Of a stretch of 32,000 bases of DNA, positions 19,132-27,721 are shown piece after piece; position 1 is the first letter of the stretch, and each line of letters starts with the position of its first letter. The DNA comes from Synechococcus sp. A15-28 (GTDB lineage: Bacteria > Cyanobacteriota > Cyanobacteriia > PCC-6307 > Cyanobiaceae), in the NCBI RefSeq assembly GCF_014280175.1, contig NZ_CP047931.1:1830001-1862000 (forward strand), written 5' to 3'. A program made the position numbers and the translations under genes. The notes under the pieces are model-generated. The model was not told the origin of the DNA. It ran no database searches and was given only the letters and a program-made list of their open reading frames with translations.

Positions 19132-19633
19132 CGATCGGCACCGGCCGCACCTGCCGATCCTCCTCCAGCCACCAGGCCCTCAGTTCGTGCTGGCCCGAGA
19201 GGATCAACATCAGCTGGTGAGGGATACCCCGACAGCGATCCGCCTCAGACGGCAACGGCGGGCTTTGTGGATGGGAATGGGCCACACCGATGATCCGTTG
19301 TTGGTGTTGCCGCGACCAGCGCTGCGCCGCCAGTTGTTCGCGGGGGTCGAGCAGGAAATTGCTGTGCCGGCCATGGGAGTCAGCCGCTCCCCACGGCTGC
19401 AGATCCGGCTGGCGGCCCCAGCGATTGCACACCGGCCAGACGTGATCCAACCGCAGCGAGGTACCCTCGCCCGGGGATCCGATCAACAGAGCACATCCCT
19501 CCTCAGGCCAGCTCGCCAGCAAGGTGCGCTCCAGAATCGTGAGGCATCCACAACGCAGCTGCAGCGTGGATGGCGCGATCGATGAAGCGCCGATACGCTC
19601 AGCTGACCGTATGAACAGTTCTGTCGGTTCCAT
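19121..19633 (-). CDS. JAMM/MPN (Mov34) family metalloprotease
   Basis: The product has EEGCALLIG and the JAMM motif HSHPQSPPLPSEAD (HxHx7Sx2D). Its stop overlaps the moeB start by 11 nt. The start is taken at ATG 19631-19633 and is uncertain. Confidence 0.7.
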   Translation of the reverse strand: MEPTELFIRSAERIGASSIAPSTLQLRCGCLTILERTLLASWPEEGCALLIGSPGEGTSLRLDHVWPVCNRWGRQPDLQPWGAADSHGRHSNFLLDPREQLAAQRWSRQHQQRIIGVAHSHPQSPPLPSEADRCRGIPHQLMLILSGQHELRAWWLEEDRQVRPVPIDVD

Positions 19634-20024
19634 GAGCGACGCCACCACCGAAGTTAAGGACCCCGCGACCGACGCGACCCCTGCGGTGGAAGCGTCTGCC
19701 ACCAGCTCCGAAGACACCACCTCCTTCACCGAGCGCTACAGCGAAGTGCTGGGCAAGGTGAACGAAACCCTCGACCAGGTCGACTGGAACCAGATGGGTC
19801 GCATCGGCAAGATCGTTGGCATCTTCGCTGCTGTGATCGTTGCTCAGATCCTGATCAAGGGCATCCTCGACACGATCAACCTGCTGCCCGTGGTTCCCGG
19901 TCTGCTGGAGCTGCTCGGCGTTGTGGTGGTGGGCCAGTGGAGCTGGAGAAATCTCACCACCAGCGACAAGCGCAGCGCTCTGGTGCAACGGGTGCAGTCC
20001 CTGCGTCAGGAATACCTCGGCTGA
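19611..20024 (+). CDS. CAAD-domain membrane protein (CurT/CURT1-like)
   Basis: An acidic N-terminus is followed by two hydrophobic helices (IVGIFAAVIVAQILIKGIL, VVPGLLELLGVVVVGQW) and an amphipathic tail. The start is ATG 19611 or 19632. Confidence 0.55.
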   Translation: MNSSVGSMSDATTEVKDPATDATPAVEASATSSEDTTSFTERYSEVLGKVNETLDQVDWNQMGRIGKIVGIFAAVIVAQILIKGILDTINLLPVVPGLLELLGVVVVGQWSWRNLTTSDKRSALVQRVQSLRQEYLG

Positions 20025-20028
20025 GGTC

Positions 20029-20919
20029 TCAAGCGATCATCCGAGCCAGGCGCTTCAGGCAGTCCTGGCTCTGGGAGACGTATCCGCCTCCGAACAGGTT
20101 GGCGTGGTTCAGCAGGTGATACAGGTTGTAGATCTCGACGCGCTCCTCCCAACCTGAGCGAAGCCGGAGCACTGCGTCGTAAGCCGCGTAAAACGCTGGG
20201 CTGAATCCGCCGAACATCCGCGTCATCGCAAGATCCACCTCGCGGTCGGCCCACCAGCTGGCGGGGTCATAGAGGGCACCACGCCCATCCATCAGCACCC
20301 CTGCATTACCGCCCCAGAGGTCGCCATGCACCAGGGCGGGGCTGGGGGCATGGTCGTCCAGCCCCTGACGCAGGCCAGTCAGCAACTGATCCAGCCAGTC
20401 CCCCGGCAGGGAGAGATCCCCGGCCAGGGCCAACTGGGGCCGCAGACGCAGCTCCACAAAACAGGCCCCCCATTCATCCCGCCATCCCCCCGGCTGGGGG
20501 CCTGCACCGATGTAGCCATCGCGATCCCAGCCGAAGCGCTGGGGTGATGCCGCTTCCGAGGCCCGGTGCAGCAGTGCCAGGCCATGCCCAAGGGCCCGCT
20601 GATCGCTGCCGCTGAGCTCCAGCCAGGGCAGCAGCAGCACCGCTCCGCCGGGCAGGACTGACAGGGCCAGCGGCTTGGGCACCACCAGCCAATCCGGATC
20701 GGCCTGGGCATGCAGGGCTTCAAGCGCCTCGGCCTCCACATCAAACAGGGCCATGGCCTGGGTGTTGCCGCTCTTGGCGAAGAGCCGTTCGCCATCCGCC
20801 AACGTCAGACACCAGGCCTGGTGGATGCAGCCGCCCCCCACCGCATGCACATCCACCAGCTGGCGGCCCGGCAGCGGTCCAGTGGATGCCACCAGCTCCT
20901 GCCGCAGTTGAGGGTGCAT
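20029..20919 (-). CDS. Fructosamine/ketosamine-3-kinase family protein
   Basis: The product has [10 protein letters not shown] near the N-terminus and the catalytic [10 protein letters not shown]. The start is taken at ATG 20917-20919 (MHPQL), with ATG 20949 as an alternative. The rest of the 623-aa tracked ORF is an antisense artefact. Confidence 0.8.
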   Translation of the reverse strand: MHPQLRQELVASTGPLPGRQLVDVHAVGGGCIHQAWCLTLADGERLFAKSGNTQAMALFDVEAEALEALHAQADPDWLVVPKPLALSVLPGGAVLLLPWLELSGSDQRALGHGLALLHRASEAASPQRFGWDRDGYIGAGPQPGGWRDEWGACFVELRLRPQLALAGDLSLPGDWLDQLLTGLRQGLDDHAPSPALVHGDLWGGNAGVLMDGRGALYDPASWWADREVDLAMTRMFGGFSPAFYAAYDAVLRLRSGWEERVEIYNLYHLLNHANLFGGGYVSQSQDCLKRLARMIA

Positions 20920-20970
20920 CGCCGGGAAGGATCGCTCTGTTGCCAGCATGCACCGGTTCAGGGGTGCGCT

Positions 20971-22473
20971 TTGACGGCAACCGGAGTGATCGTGATCGGT
21001 GGCGGCATCGCCGGGCTCACCGCAGCGGCGCTGCTGGCCAAGGAAGGTGTGCCGGTGACGCTGCTGGAGGCGCATCACCAGCCGGGGGGGTGTGCCGGCA
21101 CGTTCCGCCGCGGTCCGTGGACCTTTGATGTGGGCGCCACCCAGGTCGCCGGGCTCGAACCGGGCGGAAGCCATGCCCGACTGCTGCAGCATCTGGGCCT
21201 GCCCCTGCCGGAAGCCGAGATCCTTGACCCCGGTTGTGTGGTGGATCTCGGGGATGGCTCGGAGCCCATCCCCCTCTGGCATGACCCCGAGCGCTGGAGC
21301 GAGGAACGCCGTCGCCAGTTCCCCGGCAGCGACGCCTTCTGGCGCCTTTGTGAGCTGATCCATCGCAGCAACTGGGGCTTCGCTGGTCGCGATCCGGTGG
21401 TCACGCCGCGATCTTTGTGGGACCTCCGCCAACTGCTCAGCGCCCTGCGCCCGATCACCGTGGCCTCGGGTCTGCTGACGGGACTGACCATGGCCGACCT
21501 GCTCGGCCTCTGCGGCTGTGGCGACGACCCACGGCTGCGACGGTTCCTCGACCTCCAGCTCAAGCTGTATTCCCAGGAGCCCGCAGACCGGACCGCGGCT
21601 CTCTACGGCGCCACGGTGCTGCAGATGGCGCAGGCACCGCTGGGGCTCTGGCATCTGCATGGCTCGATGCAAGTGCTCAGCGATCAGCTGGTGCAGGCGA
21701 TCGAAAACCAGGGCGGCCGCGTGCTGATGCGCCATCGGGTCACCGGCCTCGAACCCACCGACGAGGGCTGGCGCGTCGTCGTGGACAGTCCCTCCGGCCG
21801 GGATCAGATCCACACAGCCGCTGATCTGATCTGCAGCCTGCCGCCCCAATGTCTGTTGGATCTGATCCCCGAAGCGGTGATGCCCAGGGGATACCGGCAA
21901 CGCCTGAGCCAGCTGCCGGAGCCCAGTGGCGCACTGGTGCTCTATGGCGCCGTGCGACGGGAGGCGTTACCCAGCTCCTGCCCGGGCCATCTGCAACGGG
22001 GGGCTGACGATCCGGGCTCTCTGTTCGTCTCGATCAGCCGGGAGGGTGACGGTCGGGCCCCGAAAGGTCAGGCCACCGTGATCGCCAGCGTGTTCACACC
22101 CACCGCGGACTGGTGCAGCCTCGAGGAGGAGCCCTACCAGGCCCGCAAAAGCAAGCGCCTGGACGCCATGCGCCGGGAGCTCAACCACTGGCTTGATCTG
22201 AAGCCCCAGGACTGGTTGCACGTGGAACTGGCTACGCCCAGGGGATTCGCCGGTTGGACCGGTCGCCCGCGGGGCATCGTGGGGGGACTCGGCCAGCATC
22301 CGAGCCGTTTCGGGCCCTTCGGGCTGGCGGGGCGGACGCCGATGCCAGGCCTTTGGCTCTGCGGCGACAGCCTCCACCCCGGCGAGGGAACGGCGGGCGT
22401 CAGCCTCTCAGCCCTCAATGCCTGCCGGCAGCTGGTGGCAGCGCGGGGCGGAGAGCTGCAACTCAGGGGTTGA
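20971..22473 (+). CDS. Phytoene-desaturase-family FAD oxidoreductase (CrtD/CrtH-like)
   Basis: The dinucleotide fold [31 protein letters not shown] is N-terminal, and the C-terminus has [13 protein letters not shown]. Possible starts are TTG 20971, GTG 20986 and GTG 20992. The exact carotenoid function is not assignable by eye. Confidence 0.6.
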   Translation: MTATGVIVIGGGIAGLTAAALLAKEGVPVTLLEAHHQPGGCAGTFRRGPWTFDVGATQVAGLEPGGSHARLLQHLGLPLPEAEILDPGCVVDLGDGSEPIPLWHDPERWSEERRRQFPGSDAFWRLCELIHRSNWGFAGRDPVVTPRSLWDLRQLLSALRPITVASGLLTGLTMADLLGLCGCGDDPRLRRFLDLQLKLYSQEPADRTAALYGATVLQMAQAPLGLWHLHGSMQVLSDQLVQAIENQGGRVLMRHRVTGLEPTDEGWRVVVDSPSGRDQIHTAADLICSLPPQCLLDLIPEAVMPRGYRQRLSQLPEPSGALVLYGAVRREALPSSCPGHLQRGADDPGSLFVSISREGDGRAPKGQATVIASVFTPTADWCSLEEEPYQARKSKRLDAMRRELNHWLDLKPQDWLHVELATPRGFAGWTGRPRGIVGGLGQHPSRFGPFGLAGRTPMPGLWLCGDSLHPGEGTAGVSLSALNACRQLVAARGGELQLRG

Positions 22474-23338
22474 ATTCAGCCTCTGTATTGAGAAAACCAG
22501 GCCGCAGGGCCTGCGTTCGGCTCAGTTCCTTGTGCAGCTGATCCCAGTTGGTTTTGATCACGGCATCCTCGAGCTGCTCCAGACTCCAGCGGTAGGCCGC
22601 CAGGGCCTTGAGCACCGCCTCGCGGTTGCTGCTGGCCATGGCCACCCCCAGGTCGGGATTGCCACCACCGACGCGGCTGGTGTCCGCGAAACCACTGGAG
22701 GCAAGGGCCTGGGCCAAAGCGCGGATCTCAGGGTCGCGTTCGTCACCGGCAGCCCGCAGCAGAGCCGCGCTGACCAGCACTGGCATGTGCGAGATCATTG
22801 CCACCGCCTGGTCGTGTTGGGAGGCGGCGGCCGTGAACCAACGGCTGCCGAGTCGCCCGGCCAGGTCTTCGACCACCGCCAGTGCCTTGGGATCAGTGTC
22901 GGCATCCGGGGTGGCAATCCAGGGACGCCCCTGGAACAGATCGCGCTGACCCGCCTCCACGCCGGCCTGGGCTGTTCCCGCCATGGGGTGGCTGGCCACG
23001 AAACCAGGGTGGCGATCGTTCCAGGTGTCGAGCACCGGCTGTTTTACCGAAGCGACGTCGGTCACCACCGCATCAGCGGGCAGGGCCGCCACCAGCTCCG
23101 CGGGCGGATGAAGCAGCGCTGGAATCGGCAACGCCAGGATCACCAGGTCGCAGTGGGCCAGGCAGGAGGGATCAGTACTCACCGCAGTGACGAGTCCTCG
23201 GTGCATCGCTCGTTCCGCAGTGGCCGATCGGTGAACCAGACCTTGCACCTCGATGCCCTGGGAGAGCAGGTCCAAACCGATCGATCCACCGATCAGGCCG
23301 AGACCGACGATGCCAACGCAGCCCGAATCCCTACCCAT
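22463..23338 (-). CDS. tyrA: Arogenate/prephenate dehydrogenase
   Basis: The N-terminal Rossmann motif is [12 protein letters not shown], and SHPMAG is present. The start is ATG 23336-23338. The 3' end overlaps the convergent oxidoreductase gene by 11 nt. Confidence 0.8.
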   Translation of the reverse strand: MGRDSGCVGIVGLGLIGGSIGLDLLSQGIEVQGLVHRSATAERAMHRGLVTAVSTDPSCLAHCDLVILALPIPALLHPPAELVAALPADAVVTDVASVKQPVLDTWNDRHPGFVASHPMAGTAQAGVEAGQRDLFQGRPWIATPDADTDPKALAVVEDLAGRLGSRWFTAAASQHDQAVAMISHMPVLVSAALLRAAGDERDPEIRALAQALASSGFADTSRVGGGNPDLGVAMASSNREAVLKALAAYRWSLEQLEDAVIKTNWDQLHKELSRTQALRPGFLNTEAEFNP

Positions 23339-23420
23339 GCCGTTCCACGCTCCTCGGGTCATGTTGGTCGATCGATTGCGATGAACCGTTTGGGCATCGA
23401 ACTCTGCGTAGGGTTCACCG

Positions 23421-24866
23421 ATGCTGGAAGCCCAAGCCCACACTCACCTGAAGTCACTGCTGCGGCAGGGTGAGTCGAACTGGCCCCATCACCTGACCCT
23501 CAGCCGACTGGTGGGTCGCAGCCTGAGACGGGGCGATCGGACCCTGCTGCGCCTGGCACCGAACCAACGGGAACGTTGGTGGTTGGGGTTGCTGATGCCG
23601 CTGTGTCTGCAACCCAGCAGCGCCGTGCTTGTGCTCACCCCACAACAGCGACAGCGACTGCTGCAGGTGGAACGCCCTCGCCTCGCAAAACAGGGGTTCC
23701 GACTGGCCTGCTGGGAAGGCAACACCCCCCCGCCGCAGGATCAACTCTGGCTGCTGGACCATGCCGGCCTGATTCAGGCGCATCGCCAAGGACTGCTGGG
23801 CGAGCGTCAGTTACTGCTGCCAGGCATCGATCAGCTCAGCGAGCAGCTGCGGCGGTGCATGGCCATCCGCTTGGATGCAAGCCACTGGCAACAGCTTCGT
23901 CTCGCCCTCCCCCAGGCAGAAAAGCCATTGCTGGAGTTGCATGAACGCCTCAGCAGACAACTGTTCCGGGAGGCGCCACGGGTGGATGCCTGCATTCGCC
24001 TCGACAACAGCGCCTGCCAGAGCCTGCGGGATCTGCTCGGGGTCATGGGGCCCTGCCCATCGCCCTGGTCAGAGCTGCTCGCCTGCGATCCCCGCGAGTG
24101 GGCGAACTGGGCTGAGCTGGATCACACCATGCTGCAGTGGAGTTGGTGCCTGGAACCCCTGGAACCCCTGCAACAACTGCAGGGGCTGCTGAGCCAGCGC
24201 CCAGCTTTGATGCTCAGCGACAGTGGCGACAGCGCCCGGCTGGAACAGGAGCTGCTGGAGGCGAACGCCCCGCCCACGGTCACCGCGGTGCTGCGGGAGG
24301 CGGAACTGGAAGAGCCTCTGCCGTTGTTTGCCCCCAGGCGTCAACCAACACCCAACACGGAGATCTACGCCCAGCATCTGCTCGAACAAAGTCGGCGACT
24401 GATCCTGGGGCGGACAGGTCTCACGGTGCTGTTGCTTGACGATCCCAGCCTGCGTCGATCGCTCACGGCATCGTTGGCCGCCGAATTCGGCACCCGGGTT
24501 CAGGATGAGTGCACCGCACCGGAGGTCAACGGTGTGGTCAGCGGCAGCTGGAGCTGGTGGTTGCAGCACCTTGACCAGTTGCCGGAGCCTGAGCAGATCA
24601 TCATCGGCCTGTTACCGCTCGCCAGCCTCAGCAACCCGATCACAGCGGCTCGGGTGGAACGGTTGAAACACGACGGTGCGGATTGGTTCCGCTCCCTTTT
24701 GCTGCCGGAGGCGCTGCGGCAGATCCCTGCCGCCGTGGCCCCCCTGCGTCGTTCAGGGGGCAGGCTCGCCGTTCTGGACGGTCGCCTGCGCGGGAGGAGC
24801 TGGGGCGATCAGGTGCTGCAGCGCCTTGAACCCTGGAGGCCGCTTCAACGGTTGCTGCCCGACTGA
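23421..24866 (+). CDS. DinG/Rad3-like protein retaining a helicase C-terminal-type domain but lacking recognisable Walker A and DEAH motifs
   Basis: The C-terminal block LPLASLSNPITAARVERL...WF...LPEA...RRSGGRLAVLDGRL resembles the Helicase_C_2 pattern. No GxGKT is present anywhere in the 481 aa. Confidence 0.45.
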   Translation: MLEAQAHTHLKSLLRQGESNWPHHLTLSRLVGRSLRRGDRTLLRLAPNQRERWWLGLLMPLCLQPSSAVLVLTPQQRQRLLQVERPRLAKQGFRLACWEGNTPPPQDQLWLLDHAGLIQAHRQGLLGERQLLLPGIDQLSEQLRRCMAIRLDASHWQQLRLALPQAEKPLLELHERLSRQLFREAPRVDACIRLDNSACQSLRDLLGVMGPCPSPWSELLACDPREWANWAELDHTMLQWSWCLEPLEPLQQLQGLLSQRPALMLSDSGDSARLEQELLEANAPPTVTAVLREAELEEPLPLFAPRRQPTPNTEIYAQHLLEQSRRLILGRTGLTVLLLDDPSLRRSLTASLAAEFGTRVQDECTAPEVNGVVSGSWSWWLQHLDQLPEPEQIIIGLLPLASLSNPITAARVERLKHDGADWFRSLLLPEALRQIPAAVAPLRRSGGRLAVLDGRLRGRSWGDQVLQRLEPWRPLQRLLPD

Positions 24867-24916
24867 ACTCAGCCGGCTCAATCCTGCATAAACTGACCGG
24901 AGGACAACTTGATGGG

Positions 24917-25165
24917 ATGGGAGAAGCTCGCCGCCGGTCAGCCCAGGGCCTGCCACCACGCCAACCCAAAAAAGGAGTCTCGTCCCAAGACACCTCCCCC
25001 CGGATCGTGTCCTGGATCCCCCTGACCCGAAATCAAGCTCAGCAGTTTGTGGCGGTCACCACCCGCGGCGCATGGATCGGGATCGGAGCCATGGTCGTGT
25101 TCTGGGTGACGGTTCGCTTCATCGGCCCTGCTGCGGGCTGGTGGACCCTGGCGGACACGCCCTGA
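24917..25165 (+). CDS. Small hypothetical protein with one C-terminal transmembrane segment
   Basis: The ORF encodes 82 aa with the hydrophobic GAWIGIGAMVVFWVTVRFIG. The start is uncertain and no family was recognised. Confidence 0.35.
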   Translation: MGEARRRSAQGLPPRQPKKGVSSQDTSPRIVSWIPLTRNQAQQFVAVTTRGAWIGIGAMVVFWVTVRFIGPAAGWWTLADTP

Positions 25166-25227
25166 CCCGCAGAGCCGCGCAGAAACTGAAGGAAACCTTT
25201 AGCGTGGGTCTTGATTAAGACTCAGGC

Positions 25228-25584
25228 ATGTTTCCCCGTCTCGCCGAGCACTATCGCTCCGTGGTCCAGGATCTCGTGATGAGCCTGCAAGCCCTCGCTT
25301 CTGGGTTGAAAGCGTGTGGAGTGACCGCCAGCTGCTACTCCTGCGGGGATGGCGAAGATGGCCATGGGGCCTCATTCGTCGCCGACCTTGGTGAAGGTCA
25401 CGTGGTCCGCTTCCTCGTGTCGGATTTCGGCATCAGCTGGGTGGAATCCCGCAACGGCCATGAGCTGGTGAAGCTGGAAGGCGCTGAAGCCATCCAGGAA
25501 CTGCAACGGATGACGGAATTGCTCCACCAACAGCGACATGCGGACAGCACAACAAGCGAACTGTCCGCAACCACCCTCGCTTGA
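25228..25584 (+). CDS. Hypothetical protein (118 aa)
   Basis: This is a clean ATG ORF in an otherwise unoccupied gap, with a protein-like composition. No recognisable motif was found. Confidence 0.5.
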   Translation: MFPRLAEHYRSVVQDLVMSLQALASGLKACGVTASCYSCGDGEDGHGASFVADLGEGHVVRFLVSDFGISWVESRNGHELVKLEGAEAIQELQRMTELLHQQRHADSTTSELSATTLA

Positions 25585-25585
25585 A

Positions 25586-26713
25586 TCAGGCCGCAGCCTC
25601 GTCCGCCGCGGCCTTGGGAGCTGAGCTCGCCGCAGATCGAGCCGCTGCAGCAAGGGGTTTCATCGAGTTGGCCTTCACTTCAGACCCCTCAACAAGCTTC
25701 TGACGCACCAGCTGCTCGATGGTGACGGCTGCCTCGGGGTTCTCCTCCATCCAGGTGATGGTGTTGTCCCGCCCCTGACCGATGTTGTCGCCCTCATAGC
25801 TGTACCAGGCCCCCTTGCGGATGACCACACCGGTTTCTTCCGCCAGATCCAGCAGACACCCCAGGGTGCTGATGCCGCGACCGAACAGGATGTCGAATTC
25901 CGCGATGCGGAACGGCGGAGCCACCTTGTTTTTGGCCACCTTGACCTTGGCCCGGATCCCGAATTCCTCCGTCCCTTTCTTCAAGGTCTGGATCCGGCGG
26001 ATGTCCAGTCGAACGGAGGCATAGAACTTGAGTGCGTTGCCGCCTGTGGTGGTTTCAGGGTTGCCGTAGGTGACGCCGATCTTGAGGCGCAGCTGGTTGA
26101 GGAAGATCACCGTGCAACCGGATTTGCCGATGTTGCCGGTGATTTTCCGCATCGCCTGACTCATCAGGCGGGCCTGACTTCCGACGGCCAGATCCCCCAT
26201 CTCGCCTTCGATCTCAGCCCGCGGCGTCAGGGCAGCCACCGAGTCGATCACCACGATGTCCACCGCCGCGGAGCGGACCAGCTGGTCAACGATCTCCAGC
26301 GCCATCTCACCGGTGTCCGGCTGGGACACCAGCAGGTTTTCCACGTCCACGCCGAGCGAGGCGGCGTAAACCGGATCGAGGGCATGCTCAGCGTCGACGA
26401 AAGCGGCAACACCACCACGCTTCTGCACCTCAGCAATGGCATGCAGGGTGAGGGTGGTCTTACCGGAACTCTCCGGTCCGTAGATCTCAACGACACGTCC
26501 CTTGGGATAGCCGCCCCCCAGGGCCAGATCGAGGGTGAGGGCACCGGTGGAGATGGTTTCCACCCGCATCCGGGAGGCGTCGCCAAGGCGCATGATCGAG
26601 CCCTTGCCGAAGTTGCGCTCGATCTGGCCGAGCACCAGATTCAGCGCCTTGTCGCGCTCACCGGAGGAACGGGGATCGGAACCGGAGGCGGCGGATTTCA
26701 TCTCTGCAGGCAT
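25586..26713 (-). CDS. recA: Recombinase A
   Basis: Motifs are [23 protein letters not shown], Walker [21 protein letters not shown] and IVIDSVAAL. Confidence 0.97.
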   Translation of the reverse strand: MPAEMKSAASGSDPRSSGERDKALNLVLGQIERNFGKGSIMRLGDASRMRVETISTGALTLDLALGGGYPKGRVVEIYGPESSGKTTLTLHAIAEVQKRGGVAAFVDAEHALDPVYAASLGVDVENLLVSQPDTGEMALEIVDQLVRSAAVDIVVIDSVAALTPRAEIEGEMGDLAVGSQARLMSQAMRKITGNIGKSGCTVIFLNQLRLKIGVTYGNPETTTGGNALKFYASVRLDIRRIQTLKKGTEEFGIRAKVKVAKNKVAPPFRIAEFDILFGRGISTLGCLLDLAEETGVVIRKGAWYSYEGDNIGQGRDNTITWMEENPEAAVTIEQLVRQKLVEGSEVKANSMKPLAAAARSAASSAPKAAADEAAA

Positions 26714-26777
26714 GGAAGCAACCTGAAACTAAGGAACGAGAGATCCAATGCCACAGAAGCGCCGAATCGTCTCAGGT

Positions 26778-26791
26778 AGTACAGACGTACG
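26778..26791. promoter_or_regulatory. Candidate LexA operator upstream of recA
   Basis: AGTACAGACGTACG matches the cyanobacterial LexA-box pattern RGTACNNNDGTWCB at 13/14 positions on either strand. It lies 65-78 nt upstream of the recA ATG. Confidence 0.4.
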
Positions 26792-26799
26792 CTAACGGA

Positions 26800-27549
26800 T
26801 CAGGGCCAGTGCGCCAAGGGGGCCGCCAGTTGATCCGGGTCAATCAGCCGGATCCCTGGCGGGAGCCCCTCGCGATCGGAGGGCTTGAGATAGCCCCAGC
26901 TCGCCAGCCAGCACGGCAGCCCCTGGAGCCCCTCGGTGTCACGCACCGTCTCGAGGGTGGCGCGGCGGTCCTCGACAAAACCCGCCAGCACCCGTTCCCG
27001 CTGAAGCCTCAACAGCACCTCCGGCTTGGGACCGGCTTCCCGTCCATCCAGGCGCCAGGGCTGCAATCCAAGGCTCTCCAGCAACTCAGCGGTGAACGCT
27101 GCTGTCTTGGCGGTGAGCACAGCCCAATCCAATCCCTCACCTGGAAGAGCCTGGAGTCGATCCACCAGACCGGGGAACGGTTGATGCAAGCCAAGCCATG
27201 CGTCGCGATCCGTGCCGACCGCCTGCTGCCGTGTCTGATCCAGAGCCTCCTGCAGTCGGGTGGCGGACCAGCCACGCCGCTGAAGGGCCCCGGCCTGCTC
27301 CGCGGAGTAATCCGTGGTCCAGCGTTCGAGATCCAGTCGAGGCATCTCAGCCGCCAGCAGCACCATCTCCCAGCCGTGATGCACCCAGGGCCGCAAGCAT
27401 CGGAACCCCTCCGGCACCTCGTGGGGATCGAGCCCGTCGGGGTCCCCATGGAGCCGCTGGGCGGCCATCGAAGCACTCCACCAGTATTCCGCCATCCCAT
27501 CGACGATCACACCGTCGAAGTCGAAGACGAGGAGAGGACGTGCCGTCAT
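26800..27549 (-). CDS. HAD-superfamily hydrolase
   Basis: The N-terminal motif I is LLVFDFDGVIVDG. The product is 249 aa. Confidence 0.7.
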   Translation of the reverse strand: MTARPLLVFDFDGVIVDGMAEYWWSASMAAQRLHGDPDGLDPHEVPEGFRCLRPWVHHGWEMVLLAAEMPRLDLERWTTDYSAEQAGALQRRGWSATRLQEALDQTRQQAVGTDRDAWLGLHQPFPGLVDRLQALPGEGLDWAVLTAKTAAFTAELLESLGLQPWRLDGREAGPKPEVLLRLQRERVLAGFVEDRRATLETVRDTEGLQGLPCWLASWGYLKPSDREGLPPGIRLIDPDQLAAPLAHWP

Positions 27550-27558
27550 GACTGAAAA

Positions 27559-27630
27559 CTGGGCCGCTAGGATTCGAACCTAGGAATGGCGAGACCAAAA
27601 CCCGCTGCCTTACCGCTTGGCGACGGCCCA
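27559..27630 (-). tRNA. tRNA-Gln (anticodon UUG)
   Basis: The reverse complement folds by hand as a 72-nt cloverleaf. The acceptor is TGGGCCG/CGGCCCA and the D-stem is the 3-bp GCC/GGC. The anticodon arm is GCGGG-TTTTGGT-CTCGC and the T-arm is CTAGG-TTCGAAT-CCTAG. Confidence 0.9.
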
Positions 27631-27721
27631 ATGATCCGGACAACTCCGCTCTGAAACGGTGCTCCGGCCTTCCAATAGTTACCCATATAAGGCAGACCTT
27701 CGTCAATCCATCGACGGGTGC

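Noticed and set aside
19611-19633. An apparent 23-nt head-to-head overlap of the JAMM and CAAD-protein coding starts (a shared CATG at 19631-19634).
   Set aside because: Both starts are ambiguous. Using ATG 19632 for the CAAD gene, or a downstream non-ATG start for the JAMM gene, removes most or all of the overlap. It is probably an annotation artefact rather than biology.
20920-21900. The upstream 300+ codons of the 623-aa minus-strand ORF that contains the fructosamine kinase.
   Set aside because: The kinase homology begins at MHPQL (20919). The remainder is antisense to the FAD oxidoreductase gene, which has a clear Rossmann N-terminus.
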